Source: Kofleriaceae bacterium (GTDB lineage: Bacteria; Myxococcota_A; Polyangia; Haliangiales; Haliangiaceae). From it: a stretch of DNA of 64,000 nt. The notes beneath the pieces are model-generated. The model worked only from the letters and a program-made list of their open reading frames with translations, ran no database searches and was not told where the DNA came from. This document shows positions 11,432 through 20,912 of this stretch, one piece after another. Both the position numbers and the translations under genes were made by a program. The stretch spans positions 32,001 to 96,000 of the forward strand of contig CBDCCZ010000054.1 in NCBI GenBank assembly GCA_965215005.1, written 5' to 3'. The stretch's first letter is position 1. The number at the start of each line of letters is the position of its first letter.

Positions 11432-13150
11432 TCAGAAGATGCATGCGGCAACGTCGCCCGCAGAGGTGCAAACGCCACCCAGTGGACACTGCGGCGCCGG
11501 GCCGTCGGGCTCGCACAGCGCGTGGCAAAGCGGCTCGCCGGAGCCGATGAAGCACGCCAGCCCGTCGCGGCATCCGGCCTCGCCGGGGCCACCGCAGTGG
11601 GCGCCTCGGCGTCCATCGGTGGGGACGTCGGCGACGTAGAGCAGGCGGCCGCGAACCGCCGCAGCGTCGTTATCGGGAAACGCTTGGCTGCCGTCGGTAA
11701 AGACCACCAAGAACGCCTCGCCAACGGCAGCGGCGGCTGGATCGAACTGGTCGCCTTGTCGCGTGGTGTTGGCCAAAACCGGTTGGCCGATCGGTAAGCC
11801 GGTGGGGTTGAGCGGTTGCGCCCAGACGCCGCAGCCGGAGCCATCGCCACCGGTGCCGCAGCCGTGCCATGCGGCTAAGATGACGCCGGTGGCGGCGCGG
11901 GCCAAGGTCGGAGTCGATACCTCGTCCGGGGTGGCCGCGGTGAGCACGATGTCGCTGCCGAGACGACCGCCCGTGGCTGGGTTGATCCTGCGAACGACGT
12001 GGGCACCATTCTCCAGCAGCGGCTCGCTCGACGTCCGAACGTTCCACGTGAGCCACACCTGCCCATCGACCCACAGCGCCTGCGGTGGCGAGATGCTGGC
12101 GCCCGCGTAGGTCGACAAGGCGACCGGCTGCGCCGTGCGAAAAACGCCCTGCTCATCCATGAATAGGCCATAAATGTTGCCGTCGTCGCGCCACACCGCG
12201 GCCAGCTCCAGGCCATTGCCCGACGTGGCGACCGCAGGATTATCGACTCCCAAGGTCGTGGCGAGCTCGAAGTCTTCGGGTGTGCCGGTGACGGGGTTCT
12301 GCACGGGTTGGCCATCCGGGCCGATGAATCGGGCGCGCAGCGTTCGCGCTCCGTCGCGGAGCTCTCGCCACGCGACGACGAAACGTCCATCCGAGAGCGC
12401 GGCGACCGCGGGATCGAAGGCGATGCGACCATCTTGCTGCGGCGCGACCACGGTGTCGGCGGCACCAATCAAGGCACCGCTGTCCGATACCAAAGCGCCG
12501 CGAATCTCGGTGAGGGTCTCCCAGACGACGAACCACGCGTTGCCGCCGCGGGCGACAGCGACGACCAAGCTCTGTTCATTGGAGCGGTTTACGATCAACT
12601 CATCGGTCGTCATGGTGACCTGGTTGACGCGCGGCGTTCCGTCGGGCCCGATGAGGCGAGCAAAGACGTCACAGCGGCTGGCGATGGCGCAGTCGCTGAG
12701 CCACACGACCAGCGCTTCGCCTTGCGAGCCGGCGGCGACCTGCCGGGCCGCCCGTCCGGGGCGCGTGGCGAGCCATTGGCTACCGGCGATGCTGGTATTG
12801 ATCACGAAATCGCTGGGCTCGAGAACGGCGGTGACGTCGACGCGCTCATCGGTGAGCTCGACGCTCGCGCTGCCCACGGCGCTCTCGAGGTCGGCGCCGG
12901 TGAGCGCGCGCAGCGCGATGTCGAGCTGGCCCGTAGGAGCTTCGGGGGTGATCGTGAAGGTGAGTGGGAAGCTCTTGCCGTCGAGCGCGAAGGTGCGTCC
13001 CACACTCTTGGCGCCACTGGTCAACGTGACCGCCAGACGACTCGCTTCGCGCACGCCCGGCCGCGCCTCCACGGTCACGTGCACCACGCTCTCTTCGGCA
13101 CACGCCGTCGCCAGAAATCCAGCGAGCACGACCAAGGCTCGAGGCACCAT
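11432..13150 (-). CDS. Putative lipoprotein, beta-rich repeats with Cys-rich C-terminus
   Basis: Start ATG13150 (MVPRALVVLAGFLATAC lipobox). Repeated PAVAAL/FVVAW beta motifs. The extra N-terminus in the ORF track overlaps the upstream gene. Confidence 0.7.
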   Translation of the reverse strand: MVPRALVVLAGFLATACAEESVVHVTVEARPGVREASRLAVTLTSGAKSVGRTFALDGKSFPLTFTITPEAPTGQLDIALRALTGADLESAVGSASVELTDERVDVTAVLEPSDFVINTSIAGSQWLATRPGRAARQVAAGSQGEALVVWLSDCAIASRCDVFARLIGPDGTPRVNQVTMTTDELIVNRSNEQSLVVAVARGGNAWFVVWETLTEIRGALVSDSGALIGAADTVVAPQQDGRIAFDPAVAALSDGRFVVAWRELRDGARTLRARFIGPDGQPVQNPVTGTPEDFELATTLGVDNPAVATSGNGLELAAVWRDDGNIYGLFMDEQGVFRTAQPVALSTYAGASISPPQALWVDGQVWLTWNVRTSSEPLLENGAHVVRRINPATGGRLGSDIVLTAATPDEVSTPTLARAATGVILAAWHGCGTGGDGSGCGVWAQPLNPTGLPIGQPVLANTTRQGDQFDPAAAAVGEAFLVVFTDGSQAFPDNDAAAVRGRLLYVADVPTDGRRGAHCGGPGEAGCRDGLACFIGSGEPLCHALCEPDGPAPQCPLGGVCTSAGDVAACIF

Positions 13151-13154
13151 AGAC

Positions 13155-13763
13155 TTAGAAAGGTACGTTACCGAGGTCGGAGGAGGGAGGGTCTGATTGC
13201 GTTTCCCATACGACCACGGCACCGGTGCCCACGGCCACCGCGGCGATGCCGGTCCAAAACCACCACTGCCGATAAATTGGCTTAGAGGAGCTGCGGGCGG
13301 TGGCGGCAGGCGGCGCTGGAGGATCGGCCGTGGGCACGGCGGTGGCGCTATTGGCCTCGGCGAGCTCGGCTTCGAGCTTGCGGATGAGCGCGAGCACCGC
13401 ATCGCGATTGGCTGCCTCCGGGCGCAGCTTGAGATACTTGCGGAAGCTGAACATCGCCGACCGATAATTTCCCAAGTTGCGATAGCACTGGCCGATGTTG
13501 AAGAGGAACTCCGGCAGCGGTTGCGCCTCGAACGCGGCTTCGTAGGCGGCCAACGCATCGCCAAATCGCCCCAGGGCGAAGAGCTTCTCGCCGCGGAAAA
13601 AGTGCTTCTTGGCAACCTCTGCGGCAGCTTCGGGCTCGTCCTGCGCGTTCGCGATGGGCGCGCTGCCAAGCACCAACGTGCATGCCAGCACCGCGAGCAG
13701 CGTTGTCACGAGCGGTGCTCGAAAGCGCGCGGGACCGAGGGCAGGACGCAAGAAGCTATGCAT
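13155..13763 (-). CDS. Secreted TPR protein with C-terminal hydrophobic anchor
   Basis: Signal peptide, TPR (AKKHF-x-RG...FLFNIGQCY...FRKYL), PIYRQWWFW-TM; a myxobacterial kinase-associated type. Confidence 0.8.
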   Translation of the reverse strand: MHSFLRPALGPARFRAPLVTTLLAVLACTLVLGSAPIANAQDEPEAAAEVAKKHFFRGEKLFALGRFGDALAAYEAAFEAQPLPEFLFNIGQCYRNLGNYRSAMFSFRKYLKLRPEAANRDAVLALIRKLEAELAEANSATAVPTADPPAPPAATARSSSKPIYRQWWFWTGIAAVAVGTGAVVVWETQSDPPSSDLGNVPF

Positions 13764-13868
13764 AGGCGACGGCACGACATGCGAGTGCGGCGGCATGAGG
13801 AGAAGACGGGACGCCGCGACTGCCTCGCTGCAGACACGCGAGTGTGACCGTGGAAGTACCGCGAGTGG

Positions 13869-15992
13869 TCATGGATTGCCAAACGGATTGAGCGTGTCAC
13901 TCACGTCGATGTTGCGGCGCTCACGCTTGCGCGGCGGTTGCCGCGTGCGCCGCTTTTCCGGCCGCGGCGTGGCTTTTTCGGCCGGCTCAGCGGCGGGGGT
14001 GGGCTCGGCTGGGGGCTCGACAGTCGGCTCGACCGCCGTGCTGGGCGGCTCCTCCGCGATGGTGGGTGGCTGCGGCGCTGCGCTGCGCGTTGCGGCGAGC
14101 TCGATCTCGACCACGTTGGGCAGCGCGGTCAGGTCGAGCGTAACTAGATGATCGCGATAGCCTTCTTCCCGGAGAACGAAATGCCGCACGCCATCGGCTC
14201 CGGTGGCTGGCAGCTCGACGGTGACATCGCAGGGGGTTCGGCAGGTGGGGGTGCTGCTGCCGATGGGATAGACCGCGGCGCGCGGCGCCGACCGGAGCCG
14301 GACGGTGGCGGTCGGCCGCGACTGCGTATCGACGGTGACGTGGGGCTTGGCGATCGGTGTGACCACCGGGGGAATCGGCGCGGGGGCGGGACGCGCGATT
14401 GGCGTGGGCTCGGGCGCAACCGCGGGGGCCGGTGTTGGCCGTAGCCACAAGGCGGCGCCGACGAGGCCCACGACCACGAGCGCGCCAGCAGCCAGCCAGA
14501 GCCTGCCGCCGCTGGCGCGCCGGTCGCTCCACGTTGGCAAATCGCCCATGGCCATGGCGGTGACGTGGGAAGGCTCGGTCGGGCGCGGCATGCGCCCGCC
14601 GGATTCCGCCAATGCTCGGTAGGGAGCGGTGGGCGGCAGATGCTCGGCCCCGGACGGCTCTTGGTACTCGTGCGACTCCGACAGCAGCGCGTCTATCGAG
14701 GGCCCTGAGTAGCTCTCGCCCGAGCGGCTTTGCTCCCAGCCGAGCGCATTGCCAACGCGCTCGTCCCAGCCAAGCGCGCTGGCATCCGTGGGCGCCGGGG
14801 TCGCTGCGGCCATGGCCGTGTTGGTGAGCGGTGGCAAGCTCAGAGGCGCCATGGTGGCACCCGAAGGCGCCGGCGCCGGCAGCGGCGCGCCATACCGAGA
14901 TTCGTTATCGAAGGCGCTGAGTCTGTCGACGAGATCAACGCGCAATGCCGTGGCACTGGGGTAGCGGTCATCGGCGCGCTTGGCGATGCACCGCAAGATG
15001 ATCCGCTCAATGGCGGGATCGAGCGCGGCGCCGCCGGGGGTTTCGCGCGGCGCCGGCGGGTGCTCATTGAGATGCTTGCGGACGTATTCGCCAAAGGATT
15101 TGGCGCGAAACATGGGCTGGCCGCAGAACAGCTCGTACATGATGGCGCCGAGCGAGTAGATATCGGCGCGGGTGTCGACGGTGAGCCCGCCCGCTTGCTC
15201 GGGCGACATATACGCCGGCGTGCCGATGACCGAGCCGGCTGCGGTCTCGAGGCCGAGCTCCTCGTCTTCGCGGTGGAGCAGCTTGGCAACGCCAAAGTCC
15301 AGTAGCTTGACCAGGTCGCCACCATCGCCGGTGCGCACCAGGATCACGTTGTCTGGCTTGAGGTCGCGGTGAATGATGCCGTCGGCGTGCGCCGCTGCCA
15401 GGGCGTCGCAGATCTGGATCAACACTGCCAAAGCTCGCGGTTGCGCGAGCTCACCGCGGCGGATGGCGTTGCCCAGATTCTCGCCGGCGAGCAGCTCCAT
15501 GATGATGAACACGGTGCCGTCGTCGAGCTCGACGAAGTCGGTGACGTCGACGATGTTGCGGTGCCGGATGCGGTTGACGGCGCGCGCCTCTTGAAAGAAT
15601 CGCGCGACCGAATCGCGGCGCTCCGCGTACTCGTCGCGGAGCAGCTTGAGAGCGACCTCGCGCCCGAGACGAACGTGCTCGGCGAGGTAGACGCAGCCCA
15701 TGCCGCCGCGGCCGAGGACGGCGAGCAGTCGATAGGAGCCAAGAACCTGGCCGATGCGGTCCTCGGGGCGGTCGCGGGCGGGCGGCGGACGTCGGGCCCC
15801 GCGGGGGCTGGCGACGTCGGTCTCGCCTTCTCGTGGGCGGCCGCTGCTGGAGCTCGCCCAGCGGCTCGGCCTCTCGGCGCCGCCGGCGACGGATTCGGTC
15901 GGATCCACGAGCTCGCCAGGTGCTCCGGCGGCATCCGCTTCACCTACACCCGACCTGTCGTCACCGCCGTGGATATGACACCGTTGCCACAT
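13869..15992 (-). CDS. Membrane-anchored Ser/Thr protein kinase
   Basis: GRGGMG, VALK, HRDLKPDN, DFG, GTPAYMSPEQ, TM helix, PEGA-like segment, C-terminal LNPF. Confidence 0.95.
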   Translation of the reverse strand: MWQRCHIHGGDDRSGVGEADAAGAPGELVDPTESVAGGAERPSRWASSSSGRPREGETDVASPRGARRPPPARDRPEDRIGQVLGSYRLLAVLGRGGMGCVYLAEHVRLGREVALKLLRDEYAERRDSVARFFQEARAVNRIRHRNIVDVTDFVELDDGTVFIIMELLAGENLGNAIRRGELAQPRALAVLIQICDALAAAHADGIIHRDLKPDNVILVRTGDGGDLVKLLDFGVAKLLHREDEELGLETAAGSVIGTPAYMSPEQAGGLTVDTRADIYSLGAIMYELFCGQPMFRAKSFGEYVRKHLNEHPPAPRETPGGAALDPAIERIILRCIAKRADDRYPSATALRVDLVDRLSAFDNESRYGAPLPAPAPSGATMAPLSLPPLTNTAMAAATPAPTDASALGWDERVGNALGWEQSRSGESYSGPSIDALLSESHEYQEPSGAEHLPPTAPYRALAESGGRMPRPTEPSHVTAMAMGDLPTWSDRRASGGRLWLAAGALVVVGLVGAALWLRPTPAPAVAPEPTPIARPAPAPIPPVVTPIAKPHVTVDTQSRPTATVRLRSAPRAAVYPIGSSTPTCRTPCDVTVELPATGADGVRHFVLREEGYRDHLVTLDLTALPNVVEIELAATRSAAPQPPTIAEEPPSTAVEPTVEPPAEPTPAAEPAEKATPRPEKRRTRQPPRKRERRNIDVSDTLNPFGNP

Positions 15993-16075
15993 CGATACAC
16001 CCCAGGGGGGTAATCTTACGTTGCCTCTGTACGGTTGGGCAACGGCTGGATTTGCAGCCACCCCAAGAATCCCCG

Positions 16076-16651
16076 TCAGGCGTCGGTAAGAGCGCGAATC
16101 GCCTCACTTAGAGCCAGCCGTACTTGTGCCTCCGATTCACTGGTCAGACGGCTGCGCAGCGCTGGCAGGGCGGCGGGCGTGCCGCAAATTGCCAGGGCCC
16201 GCGCGGCGCTCGCCCGTATGTCGCGACTGGGATGGTCTAGGAGCGGGCGCAGGGGCTCGACCCCGCGCGGGCCAGCAACCACCGCCAGCGACTCGACTGC
16301 GGCGCGTAGATAGAGGACCTCGACACCGAATGCGTCGGTGCGTCCGCGGGCTTGAACGGCCTCGATGAGCGCGCGCTCGACCTCCGGGGTGGGGTAGAGC
16401 CGCAGCGCGCGGTACGCTCGGATACGCAGCCCGGGGTCGTCGTGCTCTGCCACGCCGCTGGCGATCGCCCGCAGCGATGCGGCCGGCTGGTCGAGTTGGT
16501 CGTCGAGCTGAGCGCGGCTGGGAACGAAGTCGAAGCCGCCGAGCACGTCACGAAGCGCGACGTCGCCGGTGGCCGTGACCGCGGCAGATACCGTGGCCGC
16601 GCTCGCGGCGGTCGCTATCAGCGCGAGCACCGTTTTGTACAGGGGCTTCAT
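16076..16651 (-). CDS. Secreted HEAT-repeat protein
   Basis: Signal peptide; repeats DPGLRIRAYRAL, SRDIRASAARAL, AQVRLALSEAI. Confidence 0.75.
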   Translation of the reverse strand: MKPLYKTVLALIATAASAATVSAAVTATGDVALRDVLGGFDFVPSRAQLDDQLDQPAASLRAIASGVAEHDDPGLRIRAYRALRLYPTPEVERALIEAVQARGRTDAFGVEVLYLRAAVESLAVVAGPRGVEPLRPLLDHPSRDIRASAARALAICGTPAALPALRSRLTSESEAQVRLALSEAIRALTDA

Positions 16652-18141
16652 CAGGGCGCCCCCAGCCCCGGGTACAGGCGCAGCACCTGCGCCTGGCCAG
16701 GGCTCAGCTCGGTCCCGCCGAATTCGCTGAAGTACATGAGATTGTTAGCGTCTTCGCCGCTGTCGGTGATGGGATCGACGGCACCGTCGGGCTCGCGGTT
16801 GCGAAACAGGCCCATGTGCCGCGCCAGCTCGTGCGCGGTGAGCCTGGCGAGCTCGGTCCAGCTGCGATAGCACAGCGTGTCAGTGGCGATGGCAATGCCA
16901 GAGGCGCGGGTCCCGCTGCGCCCCGGTGGACCGGGCGTGCCGCCGGCCAAGGCTTGGATCCCGGCTGGAGCGATGGAGCGGACGAAGAAGACGTGAATGC
17001 CGGTGTCGCTTCCGGACAGGGCGAGCAGCCGGGGCAGGTCGTCGGCCTCGAGCCCGTCGAGGTCGGGGCGGTTTTCGAGGTCGCTGTAGCGAAGCTCCCC
17101 AAGGCCGATGTCGGCCCGAGCGAAGATGTCGGCGAGCGCGCCGAGGTACTCCTCTTGGAACGCACGCGAGCGTTGCGCGAGATCGGCATCGAGCTCGCCG
17201 CCAAGCGCCTCGCGGCACGGGTGCTCCTCGAGATTGAGGAAGTGGAAGTGCAGATCGAGCGTGGCACCGTCGCCGAGCTTGTACACCACCGACACGTTTG
17301 GAACCTCGGTGCCGAGCTCTCCTCCTTCGAGCAGCGAAGACACCTCGACCCGATAGACTCCCGTCTCCAGCGCGACCCGGGGTGCGTTGGGAATGAGCAA
17401 CGTCGAGATGCCGGCTGCGGGCGCATAGCGAAGGACGTTTTCGTAGTAGCCGGCGAGGGTTCGCGGCGTCTGGTACAGAAGCTCGCCGGAGGGTGAGACG
17501 ATCTCCGTGGCGCCGACGCTTTGCTCGCCATCATTGACGGTGGCGATGAGCGCCAGCGAACGGGCATTGCTCGGGACCGGCACCCGCAGCGTGGTGCGTG
17601 GGCTATAGACGCCGAGCTCCGTCTCGATGATGCCGTCATCCTGCAGGCATCCCAGGAACAACGGCGCGCGATCTTCTAGTGAGAGGCGCGGGATCGACAC
17701 GCAGGCGGTTGCGCCTGGACAGTCAGCGTCGTCAGCGCACAGCTGCACGCAGCGACCGAGCGAGCACAGTCCTGACCGGCAATCGGTATCGGTTTGGCAT
17801 TCGCTGCCGGTGGTGGCGCCGGCGGCGGTGGCTTGGCAGGAACCGACGCGGCTCTCATCGTCGAGCTCGAGCTGACACGTCTGCCCGGCGCCGCAGTCGA
17901 GCTCGCGACGACAGTCATCGCCGATAGCGGAGCTCACCGCGGCGCACTCGCCCTGGCTGGTGCACTCGAAGCCGTCGCCGCAGTCGACGAAGGTTTGGCA
18001 GCGCGGGGTGCAGGTCGCAGCCAAGCACTGCAGCTGGGGCTGACAATCGCCGGCCTCTCCGCACGGCGCACCAACGCCGGCCTCTCCGCTGGTGCAGCCG
18101 CCCAACGCCAAGACTGCAACGACGGCATAGCGCGCTGTCAT
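16651..18141 (-). CDS. Cys-rich lipoprotein with degenerate metzincin (M43-like) domain
   Basis: Lipobox LGGC, CxxxxDC repeats, C-terminal AHELARHMGLFR...NLM. Confidence 0.7.
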   Translation of the reverse strand: MTARYAVVAVLALGGCTSGEAGVGAPCGEAGDCQPQLQCLAATCTPRCQTFVDCGDGFECTSQGECAAVSSAIGDDCRRELDCGAGQTCQLELDDESRVGSCQATAAGATTGSECQTDTDCRSGLCSLGRCVQLCADDADCPGATACVSIPRLSLEDRAPLFLGCLQDDGIIETELGVYSPRTTLRVPVPSNARSLALIATVNDGEQSVGATEIVSPSGELLYQTPRTLAGYYENVLRYAPAAGISTLLIPNAPRVALETGVYRVEVSSLLEGGELGTEVPNVSVVYKLGDGATLDLHFHFLNLEEHPCREALGGELDADLAQRSRAFQEEYLGALADIFARADIGLGELRYSDLENRPDLDGLEADDLPRLLALSGSDTGIHVFFVRSIAPAGIQALAGGTPGPPGRSGTRASGIAIATDTLCYRSWTELARLTAHELARHMGLFRNREPDGAVDPITDSGEDANNLMYFSEFGGTELSPGQAQVLRLYPGLGAP

Positions 18142-18246
18142 TGGTCGTGGGCTGAGCAACGGCCTCGGCTCTCGCGTTGGGGGATGAGCACACACACCAG
18201 CGGGAGGAGTATATACTCGCCGCCCACGGCGACGGGGAGTCGATTG

Positions 18247-18960
18247 ATGCTGCTCAGAATCACCTGGTTTGGCTCGCGGCTCGCGCTCGTTGGCGCAGCT
18301 TGGTTACTCATGCTCGGCGCTGCGGGGGTGGCGGTGGCGCAGGAGGCCCCGGAAGGGCCGACGCATGGCGCGTCTGAAGAGTTTGGCATCGGTCTGCGGC
18401 TGCGCAACGTACGGCTCCCGCAGGCGTTGCTCGAGCTATTCGTCGAGCGAGCCGCGGCGGGAATCAGTCAAGTCGGCATCGGTGTGGAAGGTATCCGCCG
18501 CACCGGCAACCTCGAGCTATCGGTGGGGCTCGAGTGGGACAGCTTGAGCGCCGAAGACGGGGTGTGGATCGAGAAGGGGGAGCAGATTCCGCGAGACGAG
18601 CCTGATTTCGTCCGTTTCGATGGGTTTGGCTGGATCACCCTCGACGCGATGGCGGCGTGGCATCGGCCGCTCAGCGAGCGGGTCTCGCTTCGCTACGGTG
18701 CGGGTCTCGGTCTCGGCATTCTGCTCGGCGAGGTGCTACGCACGGATTACGCATGTACCGGTCCTGAAATCGACAGCTGCAGAACGCGACCGGGCGGCAA
18801 GGTGGATGCTCCCGAGGAAGACATTCCGCCGGTGTTTCCGGTCATCAACTTGGTGGTGGGGGTGCAGGTCAAGGCGACTGAGCGCATCACCATCAATCTC
18901 GAGGGCGGGCTGCGGACGGTGCCGTTCATCGGCATCTCGGGTGGCTACTTCTTTGAATGA
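18247..18960 (+). CDS. Putative outer-membrane beta-barrel protein
   Basis: Signal peptide (AVA-Q), alternating beta-strands, aromatic C-terminus GYFFE. Confidence 0.6.
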   Translation: MLLRITWFGSRLALVGAAWLLMLGAAGVAVAQEAPEGPTHGASEEFGIGLRLRNVRLPQALLELFVERAAAGISQVGIGVEGIRRTGNLELSVGLEWDSLSAEDGVWIEKGEQIPRDEPDFVRFDGFGWITLDAMAAWHRPLSERVSLRYGAGLGLGILLGEVLRTDYACTGPEIDSCRTRPGGKVDAPEEDIPPVFPVINLVVGVQVKATERITINLEGGLRTVPFIGISGGYFFE

Positions 18961-18979
18961 GCGGCTACTCGTAGCAGCA

Positions 18980-20875
18980 TCAGCGGCGCCGGCGAAGGTC
19001 GCCAACGCGGAGCGTTAGCTTGACTTGGTCGAAATGTTCCGCGAGCGGAATGGAGTACTTGCGGGACGCGCCAGTAAGCTCTTTCCACTGCCCAGGCGAG
19101 ATGGTTTGGTGGGCTTGCAGGTGCGCGATGAGCTTGCCTTCCAAGGCGGCAAGAGCCGCGCTGTCGACGTAGAGATCGAACTTGATCTTCACCAACGTGC
19201 CGGCCGCGAGCAGCTCGGCGAGTGCATCGTTTACCGCGGCTGCGGTGGCTCCTAGCTGCGCCGGTAGCTCGGCAGGACGCCGCGGCGTTAGCTGCCAATG
19301 GGAAAACTCACGCGCGATTTGAAGCGCCAACGGTGAGAGCGCGGAGGTGGCCGCTTGCGGCACTCGCACCACCTCGGCCTCCAGCTCCATGCCGTGCACC
19401 TCGACCAAACGCTGCACGAGATGCTGGTACCCAGCGGGTGCCAAGGCTTGCGGCAGCCGCGCGCGAAGCGCTGGTTTGGTCAAGGCGCCATCGGCGCGCA
19501 GGGCATCGAGCAGCACTGCTTCGAGCTCACTGGCGACGTCGCGGTGCAGCAATGGACCGCCGTTCGGATGAATGAGCACGCCGCCCATGATGAGCTGCTC
19601 GAGCGCCGCGGCGAGGGCCTTTGTGCCGTGGCCGAGCCGCTGTTGCAGTGCTTCGACAGTGAGCCCGCGGGCGCCAGCGTGGCGTACTTCGAGAGCGACG
19701 CGCGTCTCGCTCGGGGCTCGAGCAAGCGCCCGCAGCTCGGTGATGGCGACGGCGCCGCGGCTCTTGGGTGCCAACGCGCGCACGATGCTGCCGCCGCCCA
19801 TGGTGGTGCCGTGATGCTCCGCCGCGATGAAGCCGCGGGCGAGGAAGTGATCGCCGGGCAGCGCGAAGATGGGCTCCTTCTGGTCCAAGCGGAGCTGCAC
19901 GAGCGCTTCGTCGCCGGGGTCGAGCCGATCGCGATCGACCAGTACCAGCGACGCCAAGCGTTGCGCGCCCGCGTGGTGCAAGAGGATCTTGCTGCGCGTG
20001 CGCAGCGGGGCAGCAGCCGATGGCAGATGCCGGTAGCATGCATCGAGGATGTGCGAGGCGGCTACGGCGTCGCGATGGCTGAGCATGGTGCCGCGCGCGA
20101 GGTCGCGGAGGCTCCCGCCGCTGAGGTTGAGGGCGGCGCGCAGGCCGGCGTGTGCTCGCTCGACGGCTTGCCCGTGGACCTCGATGCCCCGGACTTTGGC
20201 GACGCGACCACCGGCGATCACCTCGTCACCAACGGCAACGGTGCCACCGAGGACGGTGCCCGTTACCACGGTGCCGAAGCCGCGAACGGTAAACACGCGG
20301 TCGATGGGCAAGCGAAATGGGCCGCTGGAATCGCGTGGCGCAGTGATCTCTGCCAGCCCTGCTAGATGCGCTCGCAGCGCATCGAGGCCGTGGCCGGTGT
20401 GTGCGCTTACCGCGGTGATGGAGGCGTCGGCGAGGAAGCTTCCTGTCAGCGCCGCACGCAGCGCCGCGGCTCGCGCAGCCAGCTGCTCGGCATCGACGCG
20501 GTCGCACTTGCTGAGCGCGACCAACCCGCGCCGTACGCCGAGCAGCGCGCAGACGTCGAGGTGCTCGCGGGTCTGCGGCATCACGCCCTCGTCGGCGGCG
20601 ACTACGAGACACACGATATCGATACCGCTGGCGCCAGCGACCATGCTCTTGAGGAAGCGTTCGTGTCCCGGAACGTCGATCACCGCGATGCGGTGGGCGC
20701 CGAGCTGCAACGGGGCGAAACCGAGCTCGATGGTGATGCCGCGCGCCTTCTCGGCCGGGAGCCTATCGGTGTCGACACCGGTGAGCGCGGCGACGAGCGC
20801 GGTCTTGCCGTGATCGATATGACCGGCGGTGCCGAGCACGATCGGGTGCGGGCGCGCAGAATTGCCGGAAGCCAT
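18980..20875 (-). CDS. selB: Selenocysteine-specific elongation factor
   Basis: GTAGHIDHGKT, RGITIELGF, DVPGHERF, C-terminal winged helix SRKYSIPLAEHFD. Confidence 0.93.
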   Translation of the reverse strand: MASGNSARPHPIVLGTAGHIDHGKTALVAALTGVDTDRLPAEKARGITIELGFAPLQLGAHRIAVIDVPGHERFLKSMVAGASGIDIVCLVVAADEGVMPQTREHLDVCALLGVRRGLVALSKCDRVDAEQLAARAAALRAALTGSFLADASITAVSAHTGHGLDALRAHLAGLAEITAPRDSSGPFRLPIDRVFTVRGFGTVVTGTVLGGTVAVGDEVIAGGRVAKVRGIEVHGQAVERAHAGLRAALNLSGGSLRDLARGTMLSHRDAVAASHILDACYRHLPSAAAPLRTRSKILLHHAGAQRLASLVLVDRDRLDPGDEALVQLRLDQKEPIFALPGDHFLARGFIAAEHHGTTMGGGSIVRALAPKSRGAVAITELRALARAPSETRVALEVRHAGARGLTVEALQQRLGHGTKALAAALEQLIMGGVLIHPNGGPLLHRDVASELEAVLLDALRADGALTKPALRARLPQALAPAGYQHLVQRLVEVHGMELEAEVVRVPQAATSALSPLALQIAREFSHWQLTPRRPAELPAQLGATAAAVNDALAELLAAGTLVKIKFDLYVDSAALAALEGKLIAHLQAHQTISPGQWKELTGASRKYSIPLAEHFDQVKLTLRVGDLRRRR

Positions 20876-20912
20876 GGCGGCACGCTACCCCGTTCGGGCA
20901 GAGCGTGCTTCG

